This document shows, piece after piece, positions 7,668 through 17,446 of a stretch of DNA of 64,000 bases. How positions within the stretch are numbered: position 1 is the stretch's first letter; every line of letters starts with the position of its first letter. This DNA is from a virus, in IMG/VR virus record IMGVR_UViG_3300009082_000021, positions 4,080 through 68,079 of that record. One strand, written 5' to 3'. Under the pieces are notes generated by a model. The model ran no database searches and had not been told where the DNA came from. It saw only the letters and a program-made list of their open reading frames with translations. Both the position numbers and the translations under genes were made by a program.

Positions 7668-7714
7668 CCTTAACCTGCAAACCGGTGAAAACTGGCCTAG
7701 TTTCATGGGATAAG
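7668..7714 (+). promoter_or_regulatory. Phage promoter CCTTAACCTGCAAACCG...GGGATAAG
   Basis: Repeat of the cassette promoter after a hairpin. Confidence 0.7.
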
Positions 7715-7744
7715 CACTGTAGACACCCAAAAGGAGATCGAGCA

Positions 7745-8089
7745 ATGCACATCACCGACGCACAATGGGAAAGGTTCTGCTCCTTGATCAAGGCTGCCCC
7801 GAGGGGCACTTGGGAGCACTGCCACGAGGAATGGTGGAGGGTCAACAACTGCCCCGGGCTGGGGCGGGTGGACTTCCACCAGGAGAGGGGAGGGGAGTAC
7901 CGCCACATCTCGGTGCAGTTCGCGGGCGGGGCAACCGTGATCGAGGGGAGGGATCCGGGGGCGCTTCTCCAGGAAGCCATCATCGGCCCCCTGGAGGAGG
8001 AGGAGGCGCAGAAGAAGGCGGCCGAGGAGGAGGCGGCGCAGAGGAGGGCGCGGGAGAACGAGGAGAAGTTCCTCGCTCTGCTCGGCTAG
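7745..8089 (+). CDS. Hypothetical early protein
   Basis: SD AAAGGAG, start MHITDAQW. Confidence 0.8.
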   Translation: MHITDAQWERFCSLIKAAPRGTWEHCHEEWWRVNNCPGLGRVDFHQERGGEYRHISVQFAGGATVIEGRDPGALLQEAIIGPLEEEEAQKKAAEEEAAQRRARENEEKFLALLG

Positions 8090-8120
8090 GGTCGGGAAGA
8101 GGAACCCAAAGGGGTCTCTT

Positions 8121-8157
8121 CCTTAACCTGCAAACCGACCTGATTCTGCGGCATAAG
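8121..8157 (+). promoter_or_regulatory. Phage promoter CCTTAACCTGCAAACCG...GGCATAAG
   Basis: 17-nt identity with 7668-7684; follows a terminator hairpin. Confidence 0.7.
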
Positions 8158-8234
8158 CTACTTGATGGAGAGAACGGCGAGTATCCATCCATTCCGGGGT
8201 AGGAAGCGATCCTTCCACCCCAGAGGAGAGATCG

Positions 8235-8606
8235 ATGCTGAAGACCCTGAAGGGGATTCTGCGGCCCCAGTCCGCAGCGCAATCTACGGTGGAGAAGGTG
8301 GCCTCGTTGCTGGTGGGGACCGTGCTTGGAACGGCCCTGGGCACCTACCTCGAGACCCGTGATAGGGCCAAGACGATCAAGGAGATCTACGAGGAGGCCG
8401 ACCGGAGGGAGAAGGAGCTTCGGGAGAAGGGGATCGTCTCTGAGATGAGCACCGAGGCCCTTTTCGAGGCTCTCGCGAAAAGGGTCCGAGAGGACCAGCT
8501 CAGGGACAAGGAGTTCGAGGCCCGCCGGAAGATCGCCGCGGCCCTCAAGAAGTCCGTCAGCGGGGGAGCCAACGGCAAAGTGATCGACTGCTCGTTCGAG
8601 GACTAA
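8235..8606 (+). CDS. Hypothetical protein with a TM helix and coiled coil
   Basis: SD GAGGAG; LLVGTVLGTALGTYL. Confidence 0.8.
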   Translation: MLKTLKGILRPQSAAQSTVEKVASLLVGTVLGTALGTYLETRDRAKTIKEIYEEADRREKELREKGIVSEMSTEALFEALAKRVREDQLRDKEFEARRKIAAALKKSVSGGANGKVIDCSFED

Positions 8607-8635
8607 CCAAGCCTCAGGAGAGATCTCGCCTCTCT

Positions 8636-8672
8636 CCTTAGCCCGCAAACCGGTCCCGGAAGCTGGCATAAG
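8636..8672 (+). promoter_or_regulatory. Phage promoter CCTTAGCCCGCAAACCG...GGCATAAG
   Basis: Variant of the cassette promoter. Confidence 0.7.
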
Positions 8673-8693
8673 AGCCTTGAAAGGAGATCAACG

Positions 8694-8900
8694 ATGGCAC
8701 GTTTTCACCTGGGGAACCACAAGAGCCTGGACCTGACTTACGCGCTGATGGAGCAGCGGATAGCGTGGATGGAGCGGGAAGTGTTTGTTCCACTGGAGGA
8801 ACCCCCACCTCCTTATGCCTACGAGGAACTCTCCGAGCTTGAACTCCTCCGGATTGACCCGGGACCTCTGGAAGGAATGCTGAGGTTCGACCGGCGCTAG
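8694..8900 (+). CDS. Hypothetical early protein
   Basis: SD AAAGGAG; hairpin terminator follows. Confidence 0.75.
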   Translation: MARFHLGNHKSLDLTYALMEQRIAWMEREVFVPLEEPPPPYAYEELSELELLRIDPGPLEGMLRFDRR

Positions 8901-9371
8901 GCCGGGAGGAGAGACCCCACCAAGGGGCCCTCTCCTTAGCCCCCAAACCCCCAAGGCCGGGGAGAGTGACCTCCAGAGACCGGCCGGGAGAGAAGACGGC
9001 CCGGAAGAGACCTCCCTCCCCAGCTCCCCCCCAGTACGACAGATGACAGCAGCGATGTTCTAGCTGGCATTGATCAAGGCATACCCAGACCCCCGAAATT
9101 CCACCAGGACGGATCAAGGGGTGGCTTGATCTGATCAACCATCCTGGACCACCCTAAACCCTGGTACTCATGGGACCCCCTGTGCGAAGAACCGCAATCC
9201 ATCCAGGGATATAGCTAACTGGGCTACGCATTGCGTGCCCACGGACAAGAGGCTGGGTGAGAAGGGTCTTTTCTGGGCCATCTCTTCACCGGCCGACGCT
9301 ATGCGTGCATGACCGACCTAAGTCGGCAGAAGCTCTCAAGGAACCGGCCGGGAGAATAGGCCGCTGGGAAC

Positions 9372-9665
9372 CTAGCTGAGTTCCTCCAGCACTGAGCCAC
9401 AAGAGCATACCCAGCCCTGAAGCTCATCAGCCTCCAAAGCCCTTCTCAACGGCTGCATCCCCTCCCCACAGCTCGGACATAAGAGAGCCAACGATGACGC
9501 CGAACCCAGGGACTGTAGAGGAGGGGACTGTAGAGGAGGTTGATCCGAACCCAGGGTATGGGGAGGAAGGTCAATCCGGACAGGAGGCACTAGCTGTAGA
9601 GCTGGTTTCCTTCCTCTTGGCCAGTCTCTCTTAGGGGCCTGTAGAGCGACAGATCGTTCGGCCAT
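9372..9665 (-). CDS. Zinc-ribbon protein
   Basis: SD AGGAGG; CPSC...CSC; tandem PPLQS repeat. Confidence 0.6.
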   Translation of the reverse strand: MAERSVALQAPKRDWPRGRKPALQLVPPVRIDLPPHTLGSDQPPLQSPPLQSLGSASSLALLCPSCGEGMQPLRRALEADELQGWVCSCGSVLEELS

Positions 9666-9839
9666 TTCGGTGATCCTCCTCTCCTAAGAGTGACCTCTTC
9701 TCGCGTTCTTGCAACTCCTTTGTAGAGCACCCTTGCAGTAGCTTGGAATCGTTGGTCTTTTCCGGGGAACTGATCAGGACTGATCATGGCGTAGGATCTT
9801 ACGCCTGCTATGGGGTTCAGGAAGACCTTGATCAATGCC

Positions 9840-9847
9840 GGTATAAG
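9840..9847 (+). promoter_or_regulatory. Phage promoter motif GGTATAAG
   Basis: Upstream of the long plus-strand operon. Confidence 0.55.
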
Positions 9848-9894
9848 AACCCTAGACCCCCTTCCGTCTTTCACACTGGGGGTAGGAGGGTACC

Positions 9895-10314
9895 ATGGGG
9901 ATGGCACATCGATCTCCCGGTTCATCTTCCCGGCATTCCCCCGGCCGGGTCTATGTGAGTCGTCACGCACGGGAGAGATTCAGGGGCAGGGCGCAAGCCC
10001 TGGTACATCTTGGGGAGAGTGCACTGGAAGGTATGCTACAGGAGGCTCTCTTCCACGCACTCTCTTCTTCCCGGCCTGTGGAGGTGCCGGGGCAACAGCT
10101 TGTGGAGCTGACAGAGTTCCTCAACCCCTCGCTTGCAGTTGGGAAGGTGTGGGCTGTCCTCAAACCCGACCTTCACCATCCAGACCGGCCTTGTCTGGCC
10201 ACGGTTCTTCCTGATGCCGTGGTTCAGACTCTCTTCTCCCAGTACTTCTCCGGCCAGGGGCTGAGGGCCCCTCTTGGAGAGCTGGCCAAGAAACCCAAAA
10301 GGAGACAACCATGA
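9895..10314 (+). CDS. Hypothetical protein, DUF4258/RelE-like motif
   Basis: YVSRHARERF...LATVL. Confidence 0.55.
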   Translation: MGMAHRSPGSSSRHSPGRVYVSRHARERFRGRAQALVHLGESALEGMLQEALFHALSSSRPVEVPGQQLVELTEFLNPSLAVGKVWAVLKPDLHHPDRPCLATVLPDAVVQTLFSQYFSGQGLRAPLGELAKKPKRRQP

Positions 10315-11090
10315 ATCTCACGACAGTTCAGATCAAGAAAGCCCAGAGGCGCTTCCAAGAGATGCTCTATCTCGAACAATGGGACGAGATCACGTCAGCA
10401 GTCAACGCGTTGACTGCGCTCTATCCCAAAGCCTTTGGTCAGTGCTGGATGCCAGTCTGGAGAAAGACTCGACAGACATGGCCTAGTGGGACCGAAAAGC
10501 TGATGACACGAGAGGAACTCCAGTGCCTCAGCCGTGTGGCACTCCGCCGACTCTTCATGGAGAATACGGGAGCATCCAACAAAGAGGCGACCGAACAAGC
10601 TAGCGTCGATCAGAGGGAGGCACTGCTCACTCTGGGAGTGAAGCGAGAAATCCCCCCTCCTCCCCGTCCCATGCCTCCGTGCTGGAAAGAATGCGACGTA
10701 TTGATGGATCATCTCCGAGACCTCGCATATCGCACCTACCACGTCCTCCCAGACCACTACCTGAAGGACTGCCTTCAGACTCTCCAGAAACTCCTGGACC
10801 TCTGCGAAGAGTACGCTCTTGATCCATACGAAGAGACTTTTGCGGCGGGTTTCGCATGGGAGGATCACTTTCCCAAGAAGCCGACAGCTCGGAAACTCTT
10901 CAAAATCGGCCCATTCTCCGAGACCTACGAAAGAATGAAGGGTGGGTTGCAGTACAGCGAGCTTCTCCACCCGGTTTTCTTCGACAAGGAGAACGGGAAA
11001 GGAAGCTGGGAAGCAGAATACGCCGAGGAGTACTACAGCCACTTCGTTGACTGCGAGGAGAAGGCATGTACTGGAACTACCAGCGTGTGA
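10311..11090 (+). CDS. Hypothetical protein
   Basis: SD AAAGGAG, ATGA overlap. Confidence 0.8.
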   Translation: MNLTTVQIKKAQRRFQEMLYLEQWDEITSAVNALTALYPKAFGQCWMPVWRKTRQTWPSGTEKLMTREELQCLSRVALRRLFMENTGASNKEATEQASVDQREALLTLGVKREIPPPPRPMPPCWKECDVLMDHLRDLAYRTYHVLPDHYLKDCLQTLQKLLDLCEEYALDPYEETFAAGFAWEDHFPKKPTARKLFKIGPFSETYERMKGGLQYSELLHPVFFDKENGKGSWEAEYAEEYYSHFVDCEEKACTGTTSV

Positions 11091-12214
11091 AGGAAGCTCT
11101 TGATCCTGACCGCCGGCGCTACCACTTCGATGGTCTTCCCATCCCTCTGATCCGAGACATGGAGAAGGAGGTTTGGGAACGGCTGGAGATAGACGGCGGT
11201 CCCCTCCTCATAGATCCCTCTGTCCGGCAGGTCTTTGTGAGTGAGCTAGTAGAACGAACGCTCACGAATCTACCCGAGGGCTTGCCTCTTCGTCCCGGCC
11301 TGAGTGAGGGCCTGACCAACTACATCTGGGACATCGTACGCACGCTCATCGGGCACTTCGCAGTGAGTGGCATCCTCAGAGTCCCGGGCTGTCCCAAGTT
11401 CTTCCTCGAGCCCTTGATCTCCGAGGCGTTGCTCTCGACCTCTGTGAAGGGTCTCACCACCGCCGACCTACCAGAGATCCCTACTCCTTTGGCCATCTTC
11501 CTACCTCCAGAGATGCGCGCTTACGAGGCGGACGACGAGTTCCACACGAAGATCAAACTCGAGGCGCTCTACCTGGCCTACCCCTCGGTCAACGAAGAGA
11601 CTGACCAGACAGGCTACACGATGATCGGGCAGTCCAACTACCAGGCGTTCGAAGGTCTACCCGACTCCATAGATCATGGCTTCTCGCTTGGGCTGATCGC
11701 AATCCCCCGCACCCAGCCCAGGGCGCTCGAGGACTACATGAGCGGGGACTACACCGTGCTTGACAAGACCCAGCTCAAGCCGAGGCGAGAGAGCGTAAAG
11801 AACCTCACGCCTCGGCTCCTCTTGAACCTCCTGCTCTACTGGAAGAGCACGGATGCCGATGTCTTGAGGCAGCTCAACCCCGAGTGGGAGAAGGTGAATC
11901 AGAAGGCACACTCCACGAAGGGCAAGCAGCACCAGAAGGCTGTGAAGGCTCTCCAGCGCATCCCGAAGACCGAGTACCTGCATCTCGGGAGTCGGCTGGA
12001 GATTCTCCAGCGGCGCAAGCCAGAGGACAAGCTTACAGAGCCCCAAGAGGCTACCCCCACCGGCCGGCATCAACCGCAACACCTGAGAAGAGGGCACTGG
12101 AAGTGGCAGCCCTGTGGTCCACAGAGCCGCGAGCGCAAGCTCATCTTCGTGGAGACGTACACTGCCGGCCAAGCCCCGCCTGTTGAGAAGGTAGGCTTCA
12201 GCGTAAGGAGCTGA
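11066..12214 (+). CDS. Conserved phage hypothetical protein
   Basis: 382 aa; C-terminal HLRRGHWKWQPCG motif. Confidence 0.8.
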   Translation: MYWNYQRVKEALDPDRRRYHFDGLPIPLIRDMEKEVWERLEIDGGPLLIDPSVRQVFVSELVERTLTNLPEGLPLRPGLSEGLTNYIWDIVRTLIGHFAVSGILRVPGCPKFFLEPLISEALLSTSVKGLTTADLPEIPTPLAIFLPPEMRAYEADDEFHTKIKLEALYLAYPSVNEETDQTGYTMIGQSNYQAFEGLPDSIDHGFSLGLIAIPRTQPRALEDYMSGDYTVLDKTQLKPRRESVKNLTPRLLLNLLLYWKSTDADVLRQLNPEWEKVNQKAHSTKGKQHQKAVKALQRIPKTEYLHLGSRLEILQRRKPEDKLTEPQEATPTGRHQPQHLRRGHWKWQPCGPQSRERKLIFVETYTAGQAPPVEKVGFSVRS

Positions 12215-12217
12215 TCA

Positions 12218-13570
12218 ATGAAAGTACCGCATGACTTCCAGAAGAACGCGATCCGCAGAGCTCGGCAAAAGATGCGGACGGGCCGCGTACTCGTCGTATC
12301 CCCACCAGGCAGCGGCAAGACAGTGATGATTGCAGAACTGACTCGGCTAAACTACCCGAGACGTACCTTGATCATTGCACAACGCCGAGAGATTCTTCGG
12401 CAAACCATCTTGCACCTTCGGGACTGCGGCATCCGGCGAGAAGACATCGGAACGATCTATCCAGACAGCCCGAAGATGGATCTTTCCCTGCCCATCCAGA
12501 TCGCAAGCGCCGCTACGCTCCTCCGACGTGAGCTCTATCCGACCACAGATCTCGTGCTCCTGGACGAGGCCCACCATGCTGTGGCAGACGGGCATGCCAG
12601 CATCCTGGAACACTACCTCCGAACCTCTGTCGTGGGCTTCACTGCCACACCTATTCGAATGGATGGGCGCGGTCTTGGAGACATCTTCGATCACCTCATT
12701 CTGGCCGCCAAGCCCAGTGAGCTCATCAACCGACAACTTCTGGCGAAGCCTCGTAGCTTCAGTGCACCCGAGGAATTTCTGCCAGACCTCCGCAACATCC
12801 GGAGAGCGATGGGCGATTATGTTCCACAGGCCCTGGAAGATCGAGTCAACCGTGAGGAGCTCGTGGGAAATGTTATTGAGCACTACCAGCAGCGAGTGAG
12901 GGGACGCACCGCATTGGTGTTTGCCACCTCCATCCTCCATTCTCAGAACCTGGCCAGGCGTTTTCGAGCCGCCAACATCCCCGCACAACACCTCGACTCC
13001 ATGATGTCCACGATCGAGCGCGATGCACTCGTGACCCAACTGAGGAGTGGGGCAGTACGAGTAGTGACCAATGTGGGGATCTTGCAAGAGGGTTTTGATC
13101 TACCGCGTACCTATGCAGTGATCATGGCCCGCCCCACGCTTTCACTAGCACTCTTCCTCCAGCAGACGGGAAGAGCTCTCCGCCGCTACGGCAACCGACA
13201 GCCGTTGATCTTGGACCATGCCAAGAATTGCGTACGGTTTGGGATGCCAGAGGCAGACAGAGACTTTCATCTCCAGCCCACGGTCGAGAGAGAGCCGGGC
13301 GAGGCCCCAGCCAAGGTCTGTCCCTTCTGCCACGCCATCATTGCAGCAGGATGTCATGTTTGTCCGGAATGTCAGGCGCAAGTTCAAGATTCCCCGGGAT
13401 CTCCCGCAGAGAACCAGCGTCTCCTCACAGAGATCGCCACACAAGAGAAGCGGATGATGGAGGAACGACTGCGAGCCTTCTTAGCCACCAAGGGAAACGA
13501 TCCTGAATGGCTGGCTTGGGGAGAAAAGGTCGTAGAGATCTGGACAGGGTACAACAGTGCTGAACTCTAG
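12218..13570 (+). CDS. SF2 DEAH helicase (RadD/YejH-like) with C-terminal Zn finger
   Basis: PPGSGKT, DEAHH, GFTATP, EGFD, QQTGRALR, CPFC..CPEC. Confidence 0.93.
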   Translation: MKVPHDFQKNAIRRARQKMRTGRVLVVSPPGSGKTVMIAELTRLNYPRRTLIIAQRREILRQTILHLRDCGIRREDIGTIYPDSPKMDLSLPIQIASAATLLRRELYPTTDLVLLDEAHHAVADGHASILEHYLRTSVVGFTATPIRMDGRGLGDIFDHLILAAKPSELINRQLLAKPRSFSAPEEFLPDLRNIRRAMGDYVPQALEDRVNREELVGNVIEHYQQRVRGRTALVFATSILHSQNLARRFRAANIPAQHLDSMMSTIERDALVTQLRSGAVRVVTNVGILQEGFDLPRTYAVIMARPTLSLALFLQQTGRALRRYGNRQPLILDHAKNCVRFGMPEADRDFHLQPTVEREPGEAPAKVCPFCHAIIAAGCHVCPECQAQVQDSPGSPAENQRLLTEIATQEKRMMEERLRAFLATKGNDPEWLAWGEKVVEIWTGYNSAEL

Positions 13571-14252
13571 GCGAAAATACGTGGCAGGCGACGTACTGGG
13601 TATCCATAAATTGATCCGGTGCGTCGATACAACAGGACCTCAGTGGCGCCGTAAGTGGAGTTGGAAATGCGTAAAGTGCGGGCGCAAGAGCATAGCTGTG
13701 CTTCAGAACATTCGACGCGCGATCAGTTGCTCAGAGTGCGGAGCTCGAACTGCCGATGCTCCAAAAGCAGGAGGTAACTACCCACCAGGCGAACATGTGG
13801 GAATCTGGGAAGTGATTGGTACCGCTGGGCACACCAACGATTCTCACAAGAATCGACTGTATCGCGTGAGATGCCGGCGTTGTGGAACGGAGTCCATCCT
13901 CAAGCTCTCCAACTTCCGCGCGAGCGCCAAGTACTGCCGGGCCTGCCGCTACAAGGTGATCTTCGCAGGCAAACTCGTTACCTATGACGAACTCAGTGCG
14001 CTCTTTGGGATCAAGAAGAGCTTACTCATGGATAGGACAAGCCGGAGAAGAATGTCGATCGAGGACGCTGTTCTCACTCCGGTACAGATCCAAGATCCAC
14101 ACACTAAGACACGCCGCTGCACGGTCTGCAAGATCCCGAAGCCGCTCGATCAGTTCTCTCGGAAGATGGGGCGCTGCAAAGCCTGCCGAAAGATCGAACG
14201 TCTGCGAAAGAGAGATCCCCACGAAGGACTTGGTAATGCCCAAAAAGGATGA
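13557..14252 (+). CDS. Homing-endonuclease-like Cys-rich DNA-binding protein
   Basis: Repeated G...W.C..CG modules, HTH-like ELSALFGIKKSLLMDR, CTVC..K...F...CKAC finger. Confidence 0.7.
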   Translation: MLNSRRKYVAGDVLGIHKLIRCVDTTGPQWRRKWSWKCVKCGRKSIAVLQNIRRAISCSECGARTADAPKAGGNYPPGEHVGIWEVIGTAGHTNDSHKNRLYRVRCRRCGTESILKLSNFRASAKYCRACRYKVIFAGKLVTYDELSALFGIKKSLLMDRTSRRRMSIEDAVLTPVQIQDPHTKTRRCTVCKIPKPLDQFSRKMGRCKACRKIERLRKRDPHEGLGNAQKG

Positions 14253-15312
14253 CAGGCCCGGAGACGTATTCGGCGTTCGTCAGTTGATTCAGCGTGTCGG
14301 TGAAATCACAGGTAGCACGTACCGACAAAAGTGGCGGTGGAGATGCACGAAATGTGGGCACGAGGACGTGGCTCGATGGATTTCTATAATGAAGTCGGTC
14401 ATCTGCCCAAACTGCCAAGCTCGCGCCTCTGAGTTGCGAGAAAGAGGAAGTGATCTCACCGGTCTAATGTTTGGTGCCCGAACAATTATAGGCCCAGCTC
14501 CTTCGAGACCCGGTATGCGGATGTGGACGTGGCGCTGCACATGTGGGCGCGAAGGAGTAAGTGATCTCAAAAGCTTGCGCGGCTCACGAAACTGCGTGGC
14601 CTGCACAACGAAGTACAAGGAGGCAGAGCTGACAGGCACTCGGATAGGGACCTTCACGATCTTAGGACTGGGAGAGCCCGCTAAGAATGGATTGAGAAGG
14701 TGGCGATGGCGATGTGATTGCGGGAAAGAGGGGAGCACCAACATCCACAATCTAATGAAATTGAGGTCCCACCGACATCAACATTCGAGGCCGTTTCAGC
14801 CGGCTCACGTGGGAGATCGTCTGGGAAGACGCACACTCATCGAGTCCTTAAATGATCCATCAGCAAAGTCGGATGGTAGATGGCGATGGCGATGTGATTG
14901 CGGGAAAGAGGGCGTTGGAAAGCTTGGTGGATTGCGGACGTCCAAGGGTGAGTGCCAAAGCTGTAGTCGCGCAGTCTTCCCAGAAGACCTGACAGGTAGA
15001 CGGTTCGGTTCGATCGTCATAACGGGACGGACGATCAAGCAGAAACAAACATGGTGGACATGGGTATGCGACTGCGGCACCGTTGGCTCTTCTGTAGGCT
15101 GGCGACTACAGAAACTACGACGCTGCAAACGCTGTCGCGGAAGTACAGAGGCATTAGGTAAGCGTATCGGGATCAGGGAGTTGGCCTTTATCCTCAACGT
15201 AAACACACGACGAATCGAAAAGTTGGTTGAAGAAGGATCCGACTTCGAAGAGATCTTGCAGAAACTACGAAGGAGGGCTTCCGCTAAGAGGCCGCCCGGA
15301 GGAAAACCGTGA
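14236..15312 (+). CDS. Protein with five L.G.RFG...W.W.CDCG repeats and a C-terminal HTH
   Basis: Repeats typical of the N-termini of phage AP2/HNH endonucleases; no catalytic motif seen. Confidence 0.75.
   Translation: MPKKDDRPGDVFGVRQLIQRVGEITGSTYRQKWRWRCTKCGHEDVARWISIMKSVICPNCQARASELRERGSDLTGLMFGARTIIGPAPSRPGMRMWTWRCTCGREGVSDLKSLRGSRNCVACTTKYKEAELTGTRIGTFTILGLGEPAKNGLRRWRWRCDCGKEGSTNIHNLMKLRSHRHQHSRPFQPAHVGDRLGRRTLIESLNDPSAKSDGRWRWRCDCGKEGVGKLGGLRTSKGECQSCSRAVFPEDLTGRRFGSIVITGRTIKQKQTWWTWVCDCGTVGSSVGWRLQKLRRCKRCRGSTEALGKRIGIRELAFILNVNTRRIEKLVEEGSDFEEILQKLRRRASAKRPPGGKP
14701..14912 (+). repeat. 32-bp exact direct repeat (14701-14732, 14881-14912)
   Basis: TGGCGATGGCGATGTGATTGCGGGAAAGAGGG twice, 180 bp apart. 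Confidence 0.9.
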
Positions 15313-15566
15313 GGAACCCACATCAGAAAGCGCCAGTCGTGACCTCAGACCCCGCCGTGCTCTTCTTCTACCTTCTCCTCCGCGGCGTGACGTGCGCGGA
15401 CCAGGTGGAGGAGATCCTCGCAAGGATCGAGGGCGCGATCTACGAGGGTGGGGCGGACAAGTTCACCTTGGCCAACCATCACCTGGCGAAGTACGCCCAG
15501 GAGCTCTCAACCCGCCTGAGTATCGCGGAGGATGCGATGCTCGCTTTGCCCAAGGAGGAGCCATGA
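15309..15566 (+). CDS. Hypothetical protein
   Basis: GTGA overlap, SD GGAGG. Confidence 0.7.
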   Translation: MRNPHQKAPVVTSDPAVLFFYLLLRGVTCADQVEEILARIEGAIYEGGADKFTLANHHLAKYAQELSTRLSIAEDAMLALPKEEP

Positions 15567-15895
15567 ATCACCGGAACACCCTGAAACGGTTCGAGCAACT
15601 TCAGGCCCAAATCGAGGGCCTGCTCGTTGAGATGCGTCTACTCCTGGAGTGCCCAAGGAATGATCCCAGCCTTTGCTCCCAAGCACGAGACTGGCTCCAA
15701 AAACAGTGGGACAGAGGTGACGCGGGGGAGAAGGACATTCGAGACCTGTCCTACTCCGAATTCATCCGTCTCAGTGGGATCTATATCTCAGGCCCTGTCT
15801 TCAGCAGATGTCGGAAAGAGGTACTCACGAAAGCCGGCTATGTGAGAGTTTCCAGATCATGGGGGGACTGGCAACCTCGTAAGGAGGATCTATGA
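15563..15895 (+). CDS. Hypothetical protein
   Basis: SD AGGAGGAG, start MNHRNT. Confidence 0.75.
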   Translation: MNHRNTLKRFEQLQAQIEGLLVEMRLLLECPRNDPSLCSQARDWLQKQWDRGDAGEKDIRDLSYSEFIRLSGIYISGPVFSRCRKEVLTKAGYVRVSRSWGDWQPRKEDL

Positions 15896-16254
15896 AGCCG
15901 AGAGCCTGGACCCAGAAGGAGGTCCAAGAGAAGTTCCTGCACCACTGCTGGACGATGGTGAAGTACTGGGCAGAGGACGCCCGTACCCCCAGCACCAACG
16001 ACAAGCTCGAGGGCCTGATGCACAGCTTCCTCGCACTCCTCGATGGGATGTGTGTGGGCATGCCCGCCTATGAGGTCATCCCCAGCCCACACTCAGACGA
16101 CAAGGACTTTCACATTGAGCAGGGAGAAAACTACTACAAGCCCTTCAGGCTTCCAAAGGGTGCGATCACAGTCCACGGGAGCGACATCCTGAACGACATC
16201 ATGCACGACTTCGGACGGAAGCACGGATTCCTTCCGCTACTGGAGAAGTCATGA
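15892..16254 (+). CDS. Hypothetical protein
   Basis: SD AAGGAGG, ATGA overlaps. Confidence 0.8.
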   Translation: MKPRAWTQKEVQEKFLHHCWTMVKYWAEDARTPSTNDKLEGLMHSFLALLDGMCVGMPAYEVIPSPHSDDKDFHIEQGENYYKPFRLPKGAITVHGSDILNDIMHDFGRKHGFLPLLEKS

Positions 16255-16511
16255 GCGTCACTCACCAAGTTACGATCTGGTGCGACCTCTGTAGCCGCTG
16301 GGAGCAGGCAACAGCCACTGCGGCCCAGCTATGGAAGGAGCTGAGAGGAAAAGGCTGGACACAGATCAGACACTACTACGTCCGGCATTACTGCCCGGAG
16401 TGCTCCAAGAAGAAAGCAGAGATCTTGGAGCAGATGAAGGCGATGACACCGAAGGAGATAGAGGAGATGCAGACCAAGAGAGGTGAGAAGGATGATGGCC
16501 TACAGTCCTGA
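16251..16511 (+). CDS. Small Zn-finger protein
   Basis: CDLC...GW...HYCPEC. Confidence 0.75.
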   Translation: MSVTHQVTIWCDLCSRWEQATATAAQLWKELRGKGWTQIRHYYVRHYCPECSKKKAEILEQMKAMTPKEIEEMQTKRGEKDDGLQS

Positions 16512-17322
16512 CCTTCCCAAGTGGGCACAGAAGAGGGGCTGGAAGATCCAATATGAGGATAGTCCAGGTGGCGTCTACATGCGCCACCTGGATACCCTCC
16601 GCTACCTCTTCGCAGAGGTAACGGACATGGACGACGCCTGTGGCCGGGACAACGAGGGACATGACCGGTTCATCTGGGAGACCTCTCTGGTCGATCTGAT
16701 CGAGGTTCCCCCGGTAGAGTTGGGGCAGGCCATCCGCTCCGGCATCGGGTGGAAGGGGATTCAGGAGATGCAGGACAGGGCCAAGAGCCGGGAAGAGGGC
16801 ATCCAACTGAGAATGGCCCTGATGGCTGAGGCCTGCCACAGCTACGGTATCAAGGCCCCATTGGACCAGGGCTCGGTCGATGGTGACCGCTTCGACTGGG
16901 CTCGTTCCAGGGGCATGAAGGCCGGGGATGCGGCTGTGGCGACAGAGGAGGCCCTGGACGAGAGACTGGACCGAACCGTGAACAAGATCGGCTCTACTGC
17001 ACGGGACTTCCTCAGGGGAGACGGCGAAGCGGGTCTTCGCCGCTCTGCTGTGGAGATCGCAGAGGGGAAGAGGGAACCTACGATGGAGGAGCAGGTCTTG
17101 ATGAAGATGTATTCCGTGTGCAAGGGGCAGACCTTGGGTGGGAAGACCACAGAGACCGTGGCTCTCTCAGATCTCTGTTCTTCCGCGCTCAAGAAAGCAG
17201 GGATACCTGATGGACGAAAAGATGATGCCGGGGCAGAAGCCGTACACCCCGGAGGAGAGGGAGAAGAAGGACCGCCTGCTCCGGGAGGCGATGGAAGCGG
17301 AGGAGACCATCCCCCTGGATGA
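16492..17322 (+). CDS. Hypothetical protein
   Basis: Long ORF with phage-like codon use. Confidence 0.75.
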   Translation: MMAYSPDLPKWAQKRGWKIQYEDSPGGVYMRHLDTLRYLFAEVTDMDDACGRDNEGHDRFIWETSLVDLIEVPPVELGQAIRSGIGWKGIQEMQDRAKSREEGIQLRMALMAEACHSYGIKAPLDQGSVDGDRFDWARSRGMKAGDAAVATEEALDERLDRTVNKIGSTARDFLRGDGEAGLRRSAVEIAEGKREPTMEEQVLMKMYSVCKGQTLGGKTTETVALSDLCSSALKKAGIPDGRKDDAGAEAVHPGGEGEEGPPAPGGDGSGGDHPPG

Positions 17323-17446
17323 GCTGGAGAACTACGCTCGGACCCACTGCCCACACGGGAAGAAGCTGGGTGAGTGCCAGGAGTGCGATGTGGCCGGTGA
17401 CCTCGCCTTTGATGCCGCGAGGGAAGACAGCAGGAGGAACTTCTGA
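17210..17446 (+). CDS. Hypothetical protein (CPH...CQEC)
   Basis: TGATG overlap with the next gene; overlaps the upstream ORF tail. Confidence 0.6.
   Translation: MDEKMMPGQKPYTPEEREKKDRLLREAMEAEETIPLDELENYARTHCPHGKKLGECQECDVAGDLAFDAAREDSRRNF

Noticed and set aside
6975-8945. Integron attC cassette array
   Set aside because: No GTTRRRY/RYYYAAC attC boundaries or integrase seen; the repeats are better explained as terminator plus promoter
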